From NCBI GenBank assembly GCA_015680685.1, contig MNCI01000967.1, forward strand, positions 639,452-703,451: a stretch of 64,000 nucleotides of DNA, in the 5' to 3' direction. This DNA comes from Gnetum montanum (Eukaryota > Plantae > Gnetophyta). This document shows positions 12,747 to 25,190 of this stretch, piece by piece. Position numbers and translations under genes: made by a program. Numbering within the stretch: position 1 is the first letter of the stretch; the number at the start of each line of letters is the position of its first letter. Below the pieces are notes generated by a model. It was not told the DNA's origin, made no database searches, and saw nothing but the letters and a program-made list of their open reading frames with translations.

Positions 12747-15260
12747 ATGTCTCCTTCTTCTTATGAGAGTGCTTCATCGACTAGGTTTGACACAATGAAC
12801 AATCGGAGGCATAGTACACATGATGACCCGCTAGTGTCCTAATAGTTTTGCATGGTATACGCTCATCCCGATGAGTATGTACCAAAATTTACCTTTATCC
12901 TTCACTAGGATGAATAGTTGTGATGGTGAGATTTTAGAAGGTAACATAGTGTTACCTCTCGATCACTTAGTCCCAAGCATGCTTCTTCGTGCTCTCACAA
13001 GAAATTGTATACAACACTTACAGGTAGAGTATGTTGTGCATGAACATGACTCAAGAGAGTATCGACCCATGGAGGCACAACATTAAAGGGACTTACAACA
13101 GGAGAGACATTACAAATCTATGAAGGGAAAATGATCTCAAGATGTCCCATATGTCCTAAGTGAAAACGAGGGTGGTGAACCTGCCTCGGGAGGTTTTCCA
13201 GAAAACGATGTTCCTCTTGTTGACTTTGGTCAAGGAGTCATGTATCAGAATCTTCCCTCAACTATTCATAATCCAAGTTCTAATTCCAATGGACACAAAG
13301 GGTCCAAAAAAGGAACACGAACACATGAAATTGATGGACATTCTAATCATAATTGCGACCAAGGATGAGATCACCAAAGAAAAAGTGACAGGCACCATTA
13401 TGGTGTCAGTCCTCCTTCCTCTTCACCTTCATCATCTCCTTCCCCCTCTCCTTCAGAATCTGAACATAGTTGCAAAGGGAAAGACCATGAGGACAATGGT
13501 AAGAGAAATAGAGATCATAGACAAAATAGTCAAGAAAGGGGATGAGGGCATTCCAGAGAAACACATCATGAAAGGAGGGAGAGTAGGGAACAACATAGGC
13601 ATCATAGACGCCATAGACAATATGATCACGATGAACTCCTACTCGCCACCCGAAGTATGTTAGATATAATAGAGGTTGTTAGGATTCCAACAAGGCACTA
13701 GAAGGATAGTAGAATCAAAAGACTAGACATGAACAACATCCCACGATTTGAAGTGGGATACAATGCTGATCCTAAAAATCATCTACAAGCATTTCATGAT
13801 GCATGTGCCTTGCAAAATATAGAAAATGAGTGGAAAATGTTGAAGTTGTTTCCATGGACACTAATTAAGGAAGCAAAAGTTGGTACTGGTCCTTAGAACT
13901 AGAATCCATTCATTGATGGAATACCATGTTAGAGCTATTCAATGATAAGTATCAAATGTACTCTTGAGTGTCCAACCTATGTAGGAAAATCCAATGATGG
14001 AAACAAGGAGGACATGAACCCTTGGATGCTATCATGGGCCAATATTATGCATTCTTACATCATTGCCCTGGCCATGGTTACTCACAAAGGGAACAACTAC
14101 ATCATCTTGTGGATGGGCTTAGGTATGAAATGTGAAGAACCCTTAGGACTTATGCCCAAGGAAGGCTATCTGAGCTCAGAGCCCATCAAATACAAAGATT
14201 GTTGGAGCAAGTTTCCAAGGAGGAAGGTGAGTTAAGGAAAAGAGAAAGTGTGGAGGAATACAACAAAGATCCTTCCCTTCAAAAGAAGGAAGTTAGATTT
14301 TGTGAAGATGAAGAAGAGTCACCACTCGAAGAGATGGTGAATAGGAAGACTTTTCCCATTCAAAGATTTACATCAAATGTATCGGCAAAGGTAGATCAAA
14401 TGTGGAACTCCCTAGATGATAAATTTCAAACCGTTCTAAAAATAGTCGATGAGTGTAAAGAGCAAAGTAGTGACCGAGAGAGAAGGAAAAAGAAAGAAGT
14501 TGAGTCTGCACGTAACAAAGGTAAGGGTAAAGTTACCATCATTGAAGAGGTTGTGGATTCAGACATAGACAATGATGGGCAGATGTGAGATATGCCAATA
14601 TGACCATCCTAAAGGATGTTGCCTAGTAGTCTCACATCTTCAAGAGTTTGGGGTGTATGCACTAAACCCATGATTAAATAGATGGCAAGCACCCAAAAGG
14701 TTACCTTATCCTCAAGGTAACCCAAGGCAGTTCCACCAACCCTTGACATATTATTCGAGTGGAGCTCCACCACAACCAAATGAACAATATCAACAATGGC
14801 AACACCCATAATCATGGGAAATGCCATTACCACAACAATAATGCCCTTACCATCAACCTGACCCATACGGGTACTACATTTAGCAGTCGATCTCTTCATC
14901 CGACTCCACTAGTCATGTTGCTCCTCAACCACTACTGGACCCATGAGTACTATAGAACTCCTTCTCCTAGGAGTGATGTTTCACAAAGATACTATCCTTC
15001 TCATCTGACTACACCTCTTCCACCCTTAGCTCCATTACCACTTGCTCCAACTATGCAGGTTGAGCTTCCAGCCCAGTCACAGCAACGTAATGCTACAAGG
15101 GCTATGAATCCTTAACCTACTATTAGTTCAAACAGCCACACAAAGAAGAGACCTTTTCTTAGAACCAACAATCCAACCAAGTTCTTATAGCCACAAGCGG
15201 CTAATTGTCCAAATGCCTTGCCATCATTTGAATCTTCGAAGCTTCCTTCAAACCAAAAAT
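12747..15260 (+). pseudogene. gag: gag of element 1 with a long low-complexity N-terminal region
   Basis: KRLDMNNIPRFEVGYNADPKNHLQAFHDAC...LKLFPWTL capsid motif (~13720-13870); CEICQYDHPKGCC zinc knuckle (~14585-14623); stops and frameshifts. Confidence 0.8.
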
Positions 15261-18200
15261 AGCATCCAATGCACACAGACATGTTGACTCACGCCATTAC
15301 CAATTGGATTAAAGCTAGCCATCTTCCTAGGAAATTCTCTGATATGGGAAGTCCTCTTATATATTTGCAAATCAATGGGAGTGAGCCTTACAAAGCTCCT
15401 TTGTATTTAGGTTTTGGTGTTAACTTAATCTCTCAAGAGATGTACAAATCCTGGAACTTGCCTCCACTAAAAAAGAGTAACATTCATTTAGAGTTGGCTG
15501 ACTAGTCCATCACTATCCCATTAGGACTAGTGAAGGACATCGTCACCACTATTTGTGGGTGGTTTTATCTAGCCGATTTTCTAGTGATTCAAGTCAACAA
15601 CTATAAGGGGGACTTCCCAATCATAATGGGAAGAGCATGGCTAAGCACGGTTGATGTGCGCCTAGGAATACATGATCTTTCACTAGAAATATCAAAAAAA
15701 AAATTTGGAAAGATCGAGAAGAAAGTTCCATGCATCGCATACAGTGATACAAGGTGTAACTGCATGCAGAAGTTCTAGTCTGTACAATGTTTAACATTGC
15801 CTGCATGCAGCTAATGTGCACAAATAATTGACATACAAAGATGCCTGTATGCAGTAGCCACAAGACAGGAAGACACCCAGTGGTTGACAACTGACCAAGA
15901 GAGAAATTCAACTCTATGCATGGAACCAGTTGAGAGCTTGACTTGTGCTTATATCGATAGCATAGATACATTAGAGCAAGTCCATCACCAACTTCCAAGT
16001 CCTCACATTGAAAATATTAACTAGGAGAAGTTGGAAATCCTTGATGAGTTTAAGCAAGACCCCTCAAATTAAAATCATTGTCCATCGGTATGGAATATAT
16101 ATTTCTCCAGAATGGAAAACTGGTAATCATTAATGCTAAGCTCACTCTTCAACAAAAAGAAAGACTGTTGGAGATGGTAAACAAATGGTCAAAAGCCTTT
16201 ACTTGGTCATATGCCAAATTAACTGGAATAGATCCTAGGATATGATAACATAGAATTTACACTGACCCCTCCATGAAGCCTTGATGACAACCACAAAGGA
16301 AATTGAACCCAAAGCTTAAGCAAGTGGTTAAAGAAGAAATTGAACAACTTCTAAAAGTCGAGTTCATCTACCGCATTGCTGATAGTAAATGGGTTAGTCG
16401 ATTAGTCATTGTGCCTAAAAAGGGAGGTAAATGGAGAGTGTGTATAGACTTTAGGATGTTAAACATGGAACCATTTAAGACCATTTCCCATTGCCGTTCG
16501 TTGACCAAGTCTTAGACACCATTGTAGGGCATTGCTACTATAGTTTTCTGGATGGTTATTATGGATACAATCAAATTTGAATAGCACCAAAAGACCAAGC
16601 CAAGACTACATTCATAAGTCCTTGGGGGACATTTTCATATAGGCAGATGTTGTTTGGCTTGTGCAATGCCCCAGCAACATTTCAATGTCTAGTTTTAAGT
16701 ATATTTCAGCAACAAATAGGAATGATGTGGAGGTCTTTATGGACGATTTCTCCACCTACAGAGCAGACTTTGAACAAGCATTGGAACGATTAGAGCAAGT
16801 ACTGAAACAATGTGTAAAAACCAACTTAAGGTTCAATTGGCAAAAAAGCTATTTAATGGTCCAAGAAGGCATTGTGTTAGGGCATAATATTTCACAAATA
16901 GGGATAGAGGTAGATCCCAAAAAGATTAAAGTCATCCAAAGAATCACTCGTCAACCTGAAATTGTAAAAGATATTCGATCATTCCTTGGACATACTGGCT
17001 ATTATAGATGCTTCATCGAGAAATTTTTGAAGATTGCAAAACCATTGGTAGAATTAACGAAGAAGGACATACCCTTTGAATAGACCAGGAATGTGAGCTA
17101 GCTTTCCAAACCTTGAAATAGAACCTTGTAGAAACACTCATTCTACAAGCTCCTGATTGGTTAAGGCCATTCCATATAATGACCGACACATCCAATTTTG
17201 CTTTTGGAGCTGTACTTACATAGTTAGATGACCAAAAACGCCCCTATTATATTCATTGTGCAAGTTAAAGTATTGTTGGTGCACAACTTAACTACACCAC
17301 AATAGAAAAAGAGTTAATGGTTGTGGTGTTTGCACTAGAAAGATTTAGGCACTATGTGTTGGGCTATAAGATATTTGTACACACATATCATAGTGCAATA
17401 TGGTTCCTAATAAATAAACCAATGGTGAGCCCTCACATCATATGATGGCTTGTGATCTTACAAGAGTTCGATCTTATAATGATCGATTGTAAAGGCACCA
17501 AGAATGTTGTTGCTGATCACTTATCTCGATTACGGTGGGACAACAAAGAGGACAAATATCCAATTTCTAATCACTTCCCTAATGAACTCCTCTTTTCAGG
17601 TGTAATAAACAATCAATTATCCACAGAGACAAATTGGTATAGTAGCATTCATACCTATCTTCTCATACAAGAAACACCACAAGGGCTAGAAGTTAAAAAG
17701 AAACAGCAGTTTCTTCACTGAGCCAAATATTTCATGGAAATCAACATACAACTTTGTAAGGTATGTTCCAATGGCTTGGTCCGATGGTGTGTTCCTGATG
17801 TAGATCAATTGCGAGTTCTCCAGGATGCTCATGAGGGCCCTTGTAGGGGTCATTATGCTAGGAGATGAATAGCCATTAAAATCTTGTTGTAGGATATTAT
17901 TAGCCTAAATTGTTCTAGGACACTCATCATTTCATCTAATCTTGTGTGTTGCCAATGCGATGGGGGAATAACTACTAGAATGGAGGGTCCACAACAATGG
18001 ATTCAACCTTTAGAACCTTTCGACATATGGGGTATTGATTTTATGGGGTCTATCATACCAATGTCCAATGGAAAAGCCTACATTGTTGTTGTTGTTGGCT
18101 ATTTTACAAAATGGGTAGAAGCAACCATTGTTACTAACTGTACATCATCTACCATTGCACAATTTGTTCAACAAAAAATAGTAAATAGGTTTGGCATGCC

Positions 18201-18915
18201 TCATGCACTTATTTTCAATAATGGTACACATTTTATAGGTGTGGCCTTTCGAAAATTAATGTAACACGTAGGAGTTGAGCATAAGCTAACTACACCATAT
18301 CATCCTCAAGCTAATGGTCAAGCTGAGGTTACCAATAGGGAGATCACAAAAATATTGACATGAACCATTAGCAAATATAGGCGAGACTGGAGCACCAAAC
18401 TGAACGATGCTCTTTGGGCATACCGCTCCACATGGAAACTCCCTATAGGCTTATTCTCCCTATGAGTTAGTGTATGATAAACGTGCAACACTTCCTATCC
18501 AAACTGAGCTTCGTACACTATCTATAGCATGTGACCTTAACCTTGACCTCAGTCTAGCATAGAAAGAACGGTTAATGAACCTTAACTTGTTAGATGAAAA
18601 TTGATTAGCCACCTTGTTATCCAACGAATTGCACAAGGCCTTCAATAAGCAACATCATGACCTATGAATTAGGAAAGTTACATACCAACAAGGAGATAAG
18701 GTTCTCTATTGGAATCCCGCACATGTGCCACAACAAACTAAATTTCAAATGCTATGGGAAGGACCTTATATCATTCATGAAACTTTTCCTTTAGGGGCCA
18801 TGATGATCTATGAACCTGAAAGCCCAGATAGGAAATTATTAGTCAACATCCAACAAACCAAACCTTTCCATGCACCTAAAACAGCCAGTACTAACACTAC
18901 CTCTATTAATGGACA
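15261..18915 (+). pseudogene. pol: pol (protease, RT, RNase H, integrase) of element 1
   Basis: KAPLYLGFGVNLI (degenerate DLG protease); WVSRLVIVPKKGGKWRVCIDFRMLN, FLDGYYGYNQI and FMDDF (RT); NYTTIEKEL (RH); [20 protein letters not shown] and WEGPY (INT); many stops. Confidence 0.95.
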
Positions 18916-20845
18916 ACTTTGCTCATTATTTTGGATCTCCTCCTTCCAACTTAGTCATGAGGGAGATGGCCACTAATGCTAACCATTCTAAAGCCCTTAG
19001 TTCCTTTGTCTTTTTTGTTTTACACATTCTTCATCTTTACTTATTTTTGTTTTACACCATTGTTAACATTTTTACTATTTCTTTCTCTATTACATTTTGT
19101 TTGAATTACTCTCACTCGTCGTATAATAAGTGCTCATGATGGTGGATTGTACTATAATGGTGTTGATTGTTGATGTTTGGTTTTTACCTTTGAGTTTTAA
19201 TGTTGATGCTAAGATATGGGTTCTTTTGATAAAACAAGAAATGAGTCCACGTCACCCATTCATCCATACAACTCTATGGTCTCCCTTTGTTTTGGAAATG
19301 TATTATCCCTTTTTCTAAGAAAACTTATTAATGAATTGGTGGCTTGGTATTCTTCAAACCAAGGAAAGATTCAAATGGATTGAAAAGGATGTGACTTCAA
19401 AGGGATTCGACGCATTTGTGCTAGCTATTCTCTTGGGTACTTGGATGTTTTTGATAGGTTTTCTGCCATTTCGCTATTGATCAAATATCAGGAAGTTGAC
19501 TAAATCAAATAATTCTTTGCATGGTGTGGTTCTCACTTAAAAAAAATTGGTGGGAATTCAAAGCACACCCCTTAGACATAATAAAGGAACATGGGCTACA
19601 AGAACTGGTTATGGCACTGGAAAGACATGTAACCCATGCTTGAAGGTTCCCTCTAACTAAGGCCCTTTCTCACTTCCTGCTTCTCTATCTTTCTCTTGTT
19701 GGAATGGTGGTGACTCTATGCATGCATTCTTGTTGCTTCAGGAGGACAAGTTGGTCAAGTGTGTTGCTACGAGGTCACTAGATGTGGTTAGTTTTAATCT
19801 AGATTTGGAATGAGTTCTATTAAGTTATCTTAACCACACAATACACATGGGACTTTACACAACCTTGCTTTTGGGATCCCATTCCATTCTCTATTTTCTT
19901 TTCTTTCCATATTTCTTCCCATATTCCATCTCATTGCTGATTTTATGATTAGTTTATATCTTGGTTGATGCATTGTTATTCTTTGGTAAACTCTTATGGG
20001 TAAGTCCTTAGCCATTATTTCCATATGTCATTCCTAGAGCCTACAGACTCTTTGGTTTGTGGTTTGTTAGGGCACACAAGGGCATGAGCCTACTTTGGGG
20101 AGAACCTACTGGCATTCCTTTTTGGTGTAATTGTTAAGCTCTTTCCCTTAAACATTTCTTACAATACACTATTTCATATTTCACCCCATCAATGACATCC
20201 GTTTTTTTTTTGTTTTATTGGCTTCACCGTTGTTATTTCTCTCATCTTCCTTGTTCTTGTGTTTTCCACCTTATTGCTACCAGAGGTTCACTCTTCGTCG
20301 TGGGGGCCTGTCACAAGTTTTTCCATTTCATTACTTATCTCACCCCTACACCTTGGGTAGTTATCAGTTACAAATCTCCCACCGAGTATCTACCATCCCA
20401 TAACCTAGCCAATGTGCTTCATATCAAGACAAGGTATCAATTACATTATACCTTATCTATACTTACTAATTCATGACTGTATTGTGTGTGTAGATGGTGA
20501 TCACATGAACAATGGACTGGGATAGGAGGAAGCACTTAGGATGGACTGGAGCAAAAAGCATTTATGTAGGGAACAAGCTTGATCATGTGGCCGTGGATGA
20601 ACAATGACGTGCACCTTTTTGACATCGGTAGCAACGTGCCTCATTTTCTTTTCTCTCTCTCTCTTCAAGCTATCAAATAAAGGTCTAGATGTCATCTATG
20701 TACAGTGTTCATGAAAATGGTTATGAATACCACTGTTGTAATATGTTTGTTGATCCGTTCACTGGGCACTTTGAGTCTGTCATTCCATGTCACCGTCAAT
20801 TTTCATTTAGTCAATAATCCCATACCTTCCCAACATTTTGTAAGG

Positions 20846-20881
20846 AACTTGAGGACAAGTTTTCATTCATTTGTGGGGGTA
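20846..20881 (+). promoter_or_regulatory. Athila-type pre-PPT hairpin and polypurine tract
   Basis: AACTTG-AGGA-CAAGTT mini-hairpin, then TGTGGGGGTA directly before the 3' LTR. Confidence 0.8.
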
Positions 20882-21731
20882 TGATGAGTCACGATATTGG
20901 ATCCCTGATATTGAACCCTGGATATCAAATACGCAATATCGGAGATGCTAAAGCGATATCGGACATGCAATATTGAAACTTGTCTCAGCGCCTATAAATA
21001 AGAGACTGGGGCACTTGGTTTCATAGCTAGTTTTCTTAGTCCCTTAGCTAAACTCTTGTAGTTTTTCCTTTCCAGGGTTAGAATTATTTTTGAGTGTTCG
21101 TAGTAGAAGTCATAAAGTGAATAGATCTTTATTCGAGCATTGTGTACTTGAGCACACCTTGTGTCCGAAAATAAAGACGAACTTTGTGATAGACCTTGCA
21201 ACATTTAGAATAGCTTAATTATTTCATTTAAATGTTATTTACTGTTATTTTCTACTCTCATTAGTTAATTAATGTTATTTCTATTGAGTTGTTAATTATC
21301 AACAAATTAGCACACTCAGTATGACCACTTTGAGCATACGTGGAACACTTGGAAACCCAGTAACGACTAGCGTTTGGTAATCCCACTAGTGTTACACCTA
21401 TTCAGGATGTGTTCGGCAAGTGGGAATGGACGCTGGTGTTAGGACTAGTTAGAGAATAGCTAACTAGTTAAATCAAATTAGTTATTAAATTTTTTCATTT
21501 CTCCACTTTAAGCACTAGGAACATAAAACATAAAAAGCATAAAAATCATATACCTCAAGAGTACTTAATCATACAATTGTGCCTTACAAGTAAGCTTGGG
21601 AAGATAATGATTGCATAACCCATCATTGTTCTGTGTAAGTGCATAAGCACTTAATCCTTGGAGTTTGACTAGATTGCATGTAAATGCTTGTATTCATATG
21701 GTTGGGCGTAGGGGTACCTTGCCGCTCATCA
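20882..21731 (+). repeat. 3' LTR of element 1 (850 bp)
   Basis: Matches the 5' LTR with a 28-bp longer GATATC-repeat region; followed by TSD GTAAG. Confidence 0.97.
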
Positions 21732-21736
21732 GTAAG

Positions 21737-22400
21737 GATCCATAAGCATGCATTCATTTTTGAAAGTGACCATTTCCATTGTACTTAGTGAAAGTAGGTA
21801 GCAAAACTCCCTTAGGCAAGGTTGGTAAAGGAATTGCAGAGTTTATAGGATCACTTGAGATGTTGTCCAAGGAAATCAAAGAACTTTCATGCATCTTGAG
21901 TGTCTTTATCATTTTATCTTTGTTGTTTAAAGATGGAGTAGTAGAGCAAGTAGCTATGGATCTATTCCAGGGAAATTAATAATGGATGGAACTGTAGTAG
22001 TAAGTGAGGATGTTAAGGGAGGACACACTTAAGGAATTAATCCAAAGATCATAGGAGCAAGTATATCTTAGGAGATTAAGTTGGATGGGTATACTAGAAA
22101 GGAGAATATGTTGGTAGCTTGGAAAATGCTAAATGCTTATGTAGTATGGGAAGAAGATGAAAAGGGTTTGAATAGAGGTGTATTAGGTTGTGGTTGAGGG
22201 ATAGAATGGATAGTTCCAAAGTGTAAAACAAAAGATTGAAAAATGGAATATGGATTGCTAACATTTTTAGGGAAAATAGCTAAGACAATGATGTTATGAA
22301 TGTGATGAGAGAGAGAATTGGTTTTTCCAAGCTTCCTCACTAGAACTAGATAACAAGACTTTGCTAGATTGAAGACAAGATGGATCTAGATATGCGCTAT
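21737..22400 (-). pseudogene. gag: Upstream part of the old Tat/Ogre-like gag
   Basis: PTFTKYNGNG... reads in frame into 11787 once element 1 and one TSD copy are removed. Right boundary is approximate. Confidence 0.7.
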
Positions 22401-23163
22401 CAACCAAGACGTTCAATTAGTCATAGTTTTAGATCTCATTTTAGATTTCTCTAGGATCTCATTTTAACTTGCTACTTTGCCTAGAGTTTGGAGACTATTT
22501 TAAAAATCTTAGCTACACAGGGATTTTTCTTATATAGCTCTATTAGTCAAATAGGTTAATTTGATGCTTTTGCTTCATGGATATATGTTTTTGTAGCTAA
22601 TATCTCTTTGTATATTAACTATTTGATGTAATTTCTAATTTTCATATCTAAATATTTTATGGTTATTTTCTATATTTATTATCTAGTTCTAAGAATTATT
22701 ATGATGCATGGAATGTTCATGAACATTTTGACTTGATTTGACCATGTTTTAACTTCTTTTGATCACATTTTATTGTTGTTTTAACTTATTTTATGAAAAA
22801 TAGCTCATAATTCTAGCTCATAATTCTTTTGATCACATTTTACTGACAAGTTATATGATGACTATGCAAGAAACATTTCTTAGTAGACTAGATACTTATA
22901 CAAGTTGCATTGTTTTGTGAATGTATTTTATCTTTGTAGTGACTATGCAGAAAGGATTTCTCTATATTGAGCTAGATAGTTATACAAGGGGCATTGGTTG
23001 GTAGGTATTATTTATTTGTTTTCTTTATTTCTAGGGCTTAGTACTATTAAAGTATTATTATGTTACTTACCAAGTCTTAGATATAGTAAAAAAAAAAATT
23101 ATGACTTCTATGATTGAGATAAACATATATCATAGACATAAGAAGAGTTAATGATGCTATACA

Positions 23164-25190
23164 TGTTGAATAGAAGAACATAAACTAATACGTAATAGAG
23201 AAGAATAAGATAACCAAGCATATTTTTAAAATATGAATACTATGTTGCACTTTGTATTGCATATTATGTTATGGTGTACTCTGTATGTTATTGAACCAAG
23301 ATCATCCCTTATATAGTTATTATGGAACAATCATGTCTAAAGAATGAATAGAAAAAAATGATTATTTATTATTAATTAATATGCTTGATTAAATAAAACT
23401 AACTTGATAGATATTACAAAACATCATAGATTGTGTTGTATACCATGATAATGTGTATTAAAGATCACTAGTAACTACATATAAACATAAACTAGTATGT
23501 TAAACTTGCTAAAATATGCTAAATCTTTAACACCACCCATCAAGCTTAACATGAAGTTAATAATAATTTTTCTTGTTATCTATAATCAAATTTATCACAT
23601 TAAATAGATGAAGTGTAAAAAATCTACATCATAACTAGTCTTCACAAACCTACAAAAGTTAGAGATTCATAAATACAACCAATAGTATGAAGTAATGCTC
23701 TTAAATACAATTAAAATATAAATTTTCATGTTAGAAATGAGCATCATGAGACCTAAGAATTAAAAAAAAAATTCTCTAGCTCATAAAGAAAATAATAGCT
23801 GATAAAAGATGATGATAAGTAGTGTTTCCTTTCTACACAAATGTTACATCTAATTTTTCTCATTATTAAATAATTCTTGAAATGAAAGGAAATACAACTA
23901 AAGATCTTAGGGGTAAATATCTCCTTCAAAATGAATTGAAACATAATTAATTTGTAAACTATAAAAAAGAAACATGTGTTGTAATGATAAACTATAGATC
24001 AATTAACTTCAGTGTTAAATGAGAGAGTTTACTATTATATTAAAATAAAAACAAACAATAGAGATCATCAATCAATAAAAAATTTTGTATCTACATTCAT
24101 GAGATTATCAAAAACATTGACTAATTATTCTTATGTTTTTGCAATTGAATCATTCACTATCAATTCTTTTGAAACTGTAGGAGCACTTGGAGGTGGTGGT
24201 AGAAGATCTTGAGATGCCTCTTTAATTTTAGACTTAATAAAATTTTGCTAGGATTTTTCTTGAACCTTATTAAAAATAAATAAAGGTGACAGTGGCATCA
24301 TGATGAAAGTGAACTAAAGTTCATAATCCTTGTTTGATAAAAATTTTAATAATTTTGCATAATGAGTTATGAAACTATCAATGGTAGTCTTTTTTTGTAA
24401 ATTACTTACCATGGCATACAACTCTATTCTTTGAATGTTTAAGGTTTAGGATAAATCATTTATAATGAAGTGAAATCCTTCACATGATTCTAAAGACTAT
24501 GAATTTTTGCTAGGAGTTAGAGATTTTGTTATGCATTATCTACTTATCTCCCTCTAATTGCATGTTTCACAACATCAACTCCTCCAATCTTATTGCTAGC
24601 TTCATTAGCTTATGTTGTTTTGGATTTCTTTGGATGTTTGTTCCTTTGTGGTCATCCCACAATGGTTTCTTTATATTTCTTTTATTTAACTACCTATTTA
24701 GCTTTTTTTGCTATTTAAATCATAGCTATGGACCTTTTATTCTTTTGATGTTATTTTACCTTTTGTAAGGGCATTTTAATCTCAATTTTATTTTGGTATT
24801 AAAAAAATCTAGAAACTCTTTTTTAAAAAGTAGCAAAATTATTTAAATTTTTTTATAGTCCTAGCCACATTAGCAGTATCCATATTTAGATCATTCCTTG
24901 CTAAAAAATTCTTTGCCAAGATACCTTCATTACAAATCATTTAGAAAATCCAACCTTATCACAACTATGTCAAATTCACTCAAGCTATTATATTACAAGG
25001 ATATTGGAACTCAAAATATTTTTTTAAACCACATTTACCATCAACACATATATCAATGTAGAACTTTATAACTTATTATTTCCCACCAAAATCAATCCCA
25101 TAACTTAGGTATTCGAAAAATAGAATATAACAATGTAACATTCATTGTAAATTTACTTTACATATCTTGCTATACATGAGCTTTGATCCC
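23164..25190 (-). mobile_element. Highly decayed Copia-like remnant
   Basis: PPT-like TTGATGGGTGG followed by TGTT on the minus strand at ~23530; candidate LTR 23164-23532; degenerate tRNA-Met PBS (GCTTTGATCCC, ~25180). No second LTR was confirmed. Confidence 0.3.

Larger units (their letters stand above)
11788..21731 (+). mobile_element. Full-length Ty3/Gypsy LTR retrotransposon, Athila clade (element 1), decayed
   Basis: Paired LTRs TGATGAG...CTCATCA; 5-bp TSD GTAAG at 11783-11787 and 21732-21736; tRNA-Asp PBS; PPT; order gag-PR-RT-RH-INT. Confidence 0.97.

Noticed and set aside
18870-20880. Athila env-like ORF
   Set aside because: Only short hydrophobic ORFs arising from T-rich sequence; no shared frame with the young copy in the part visible here.
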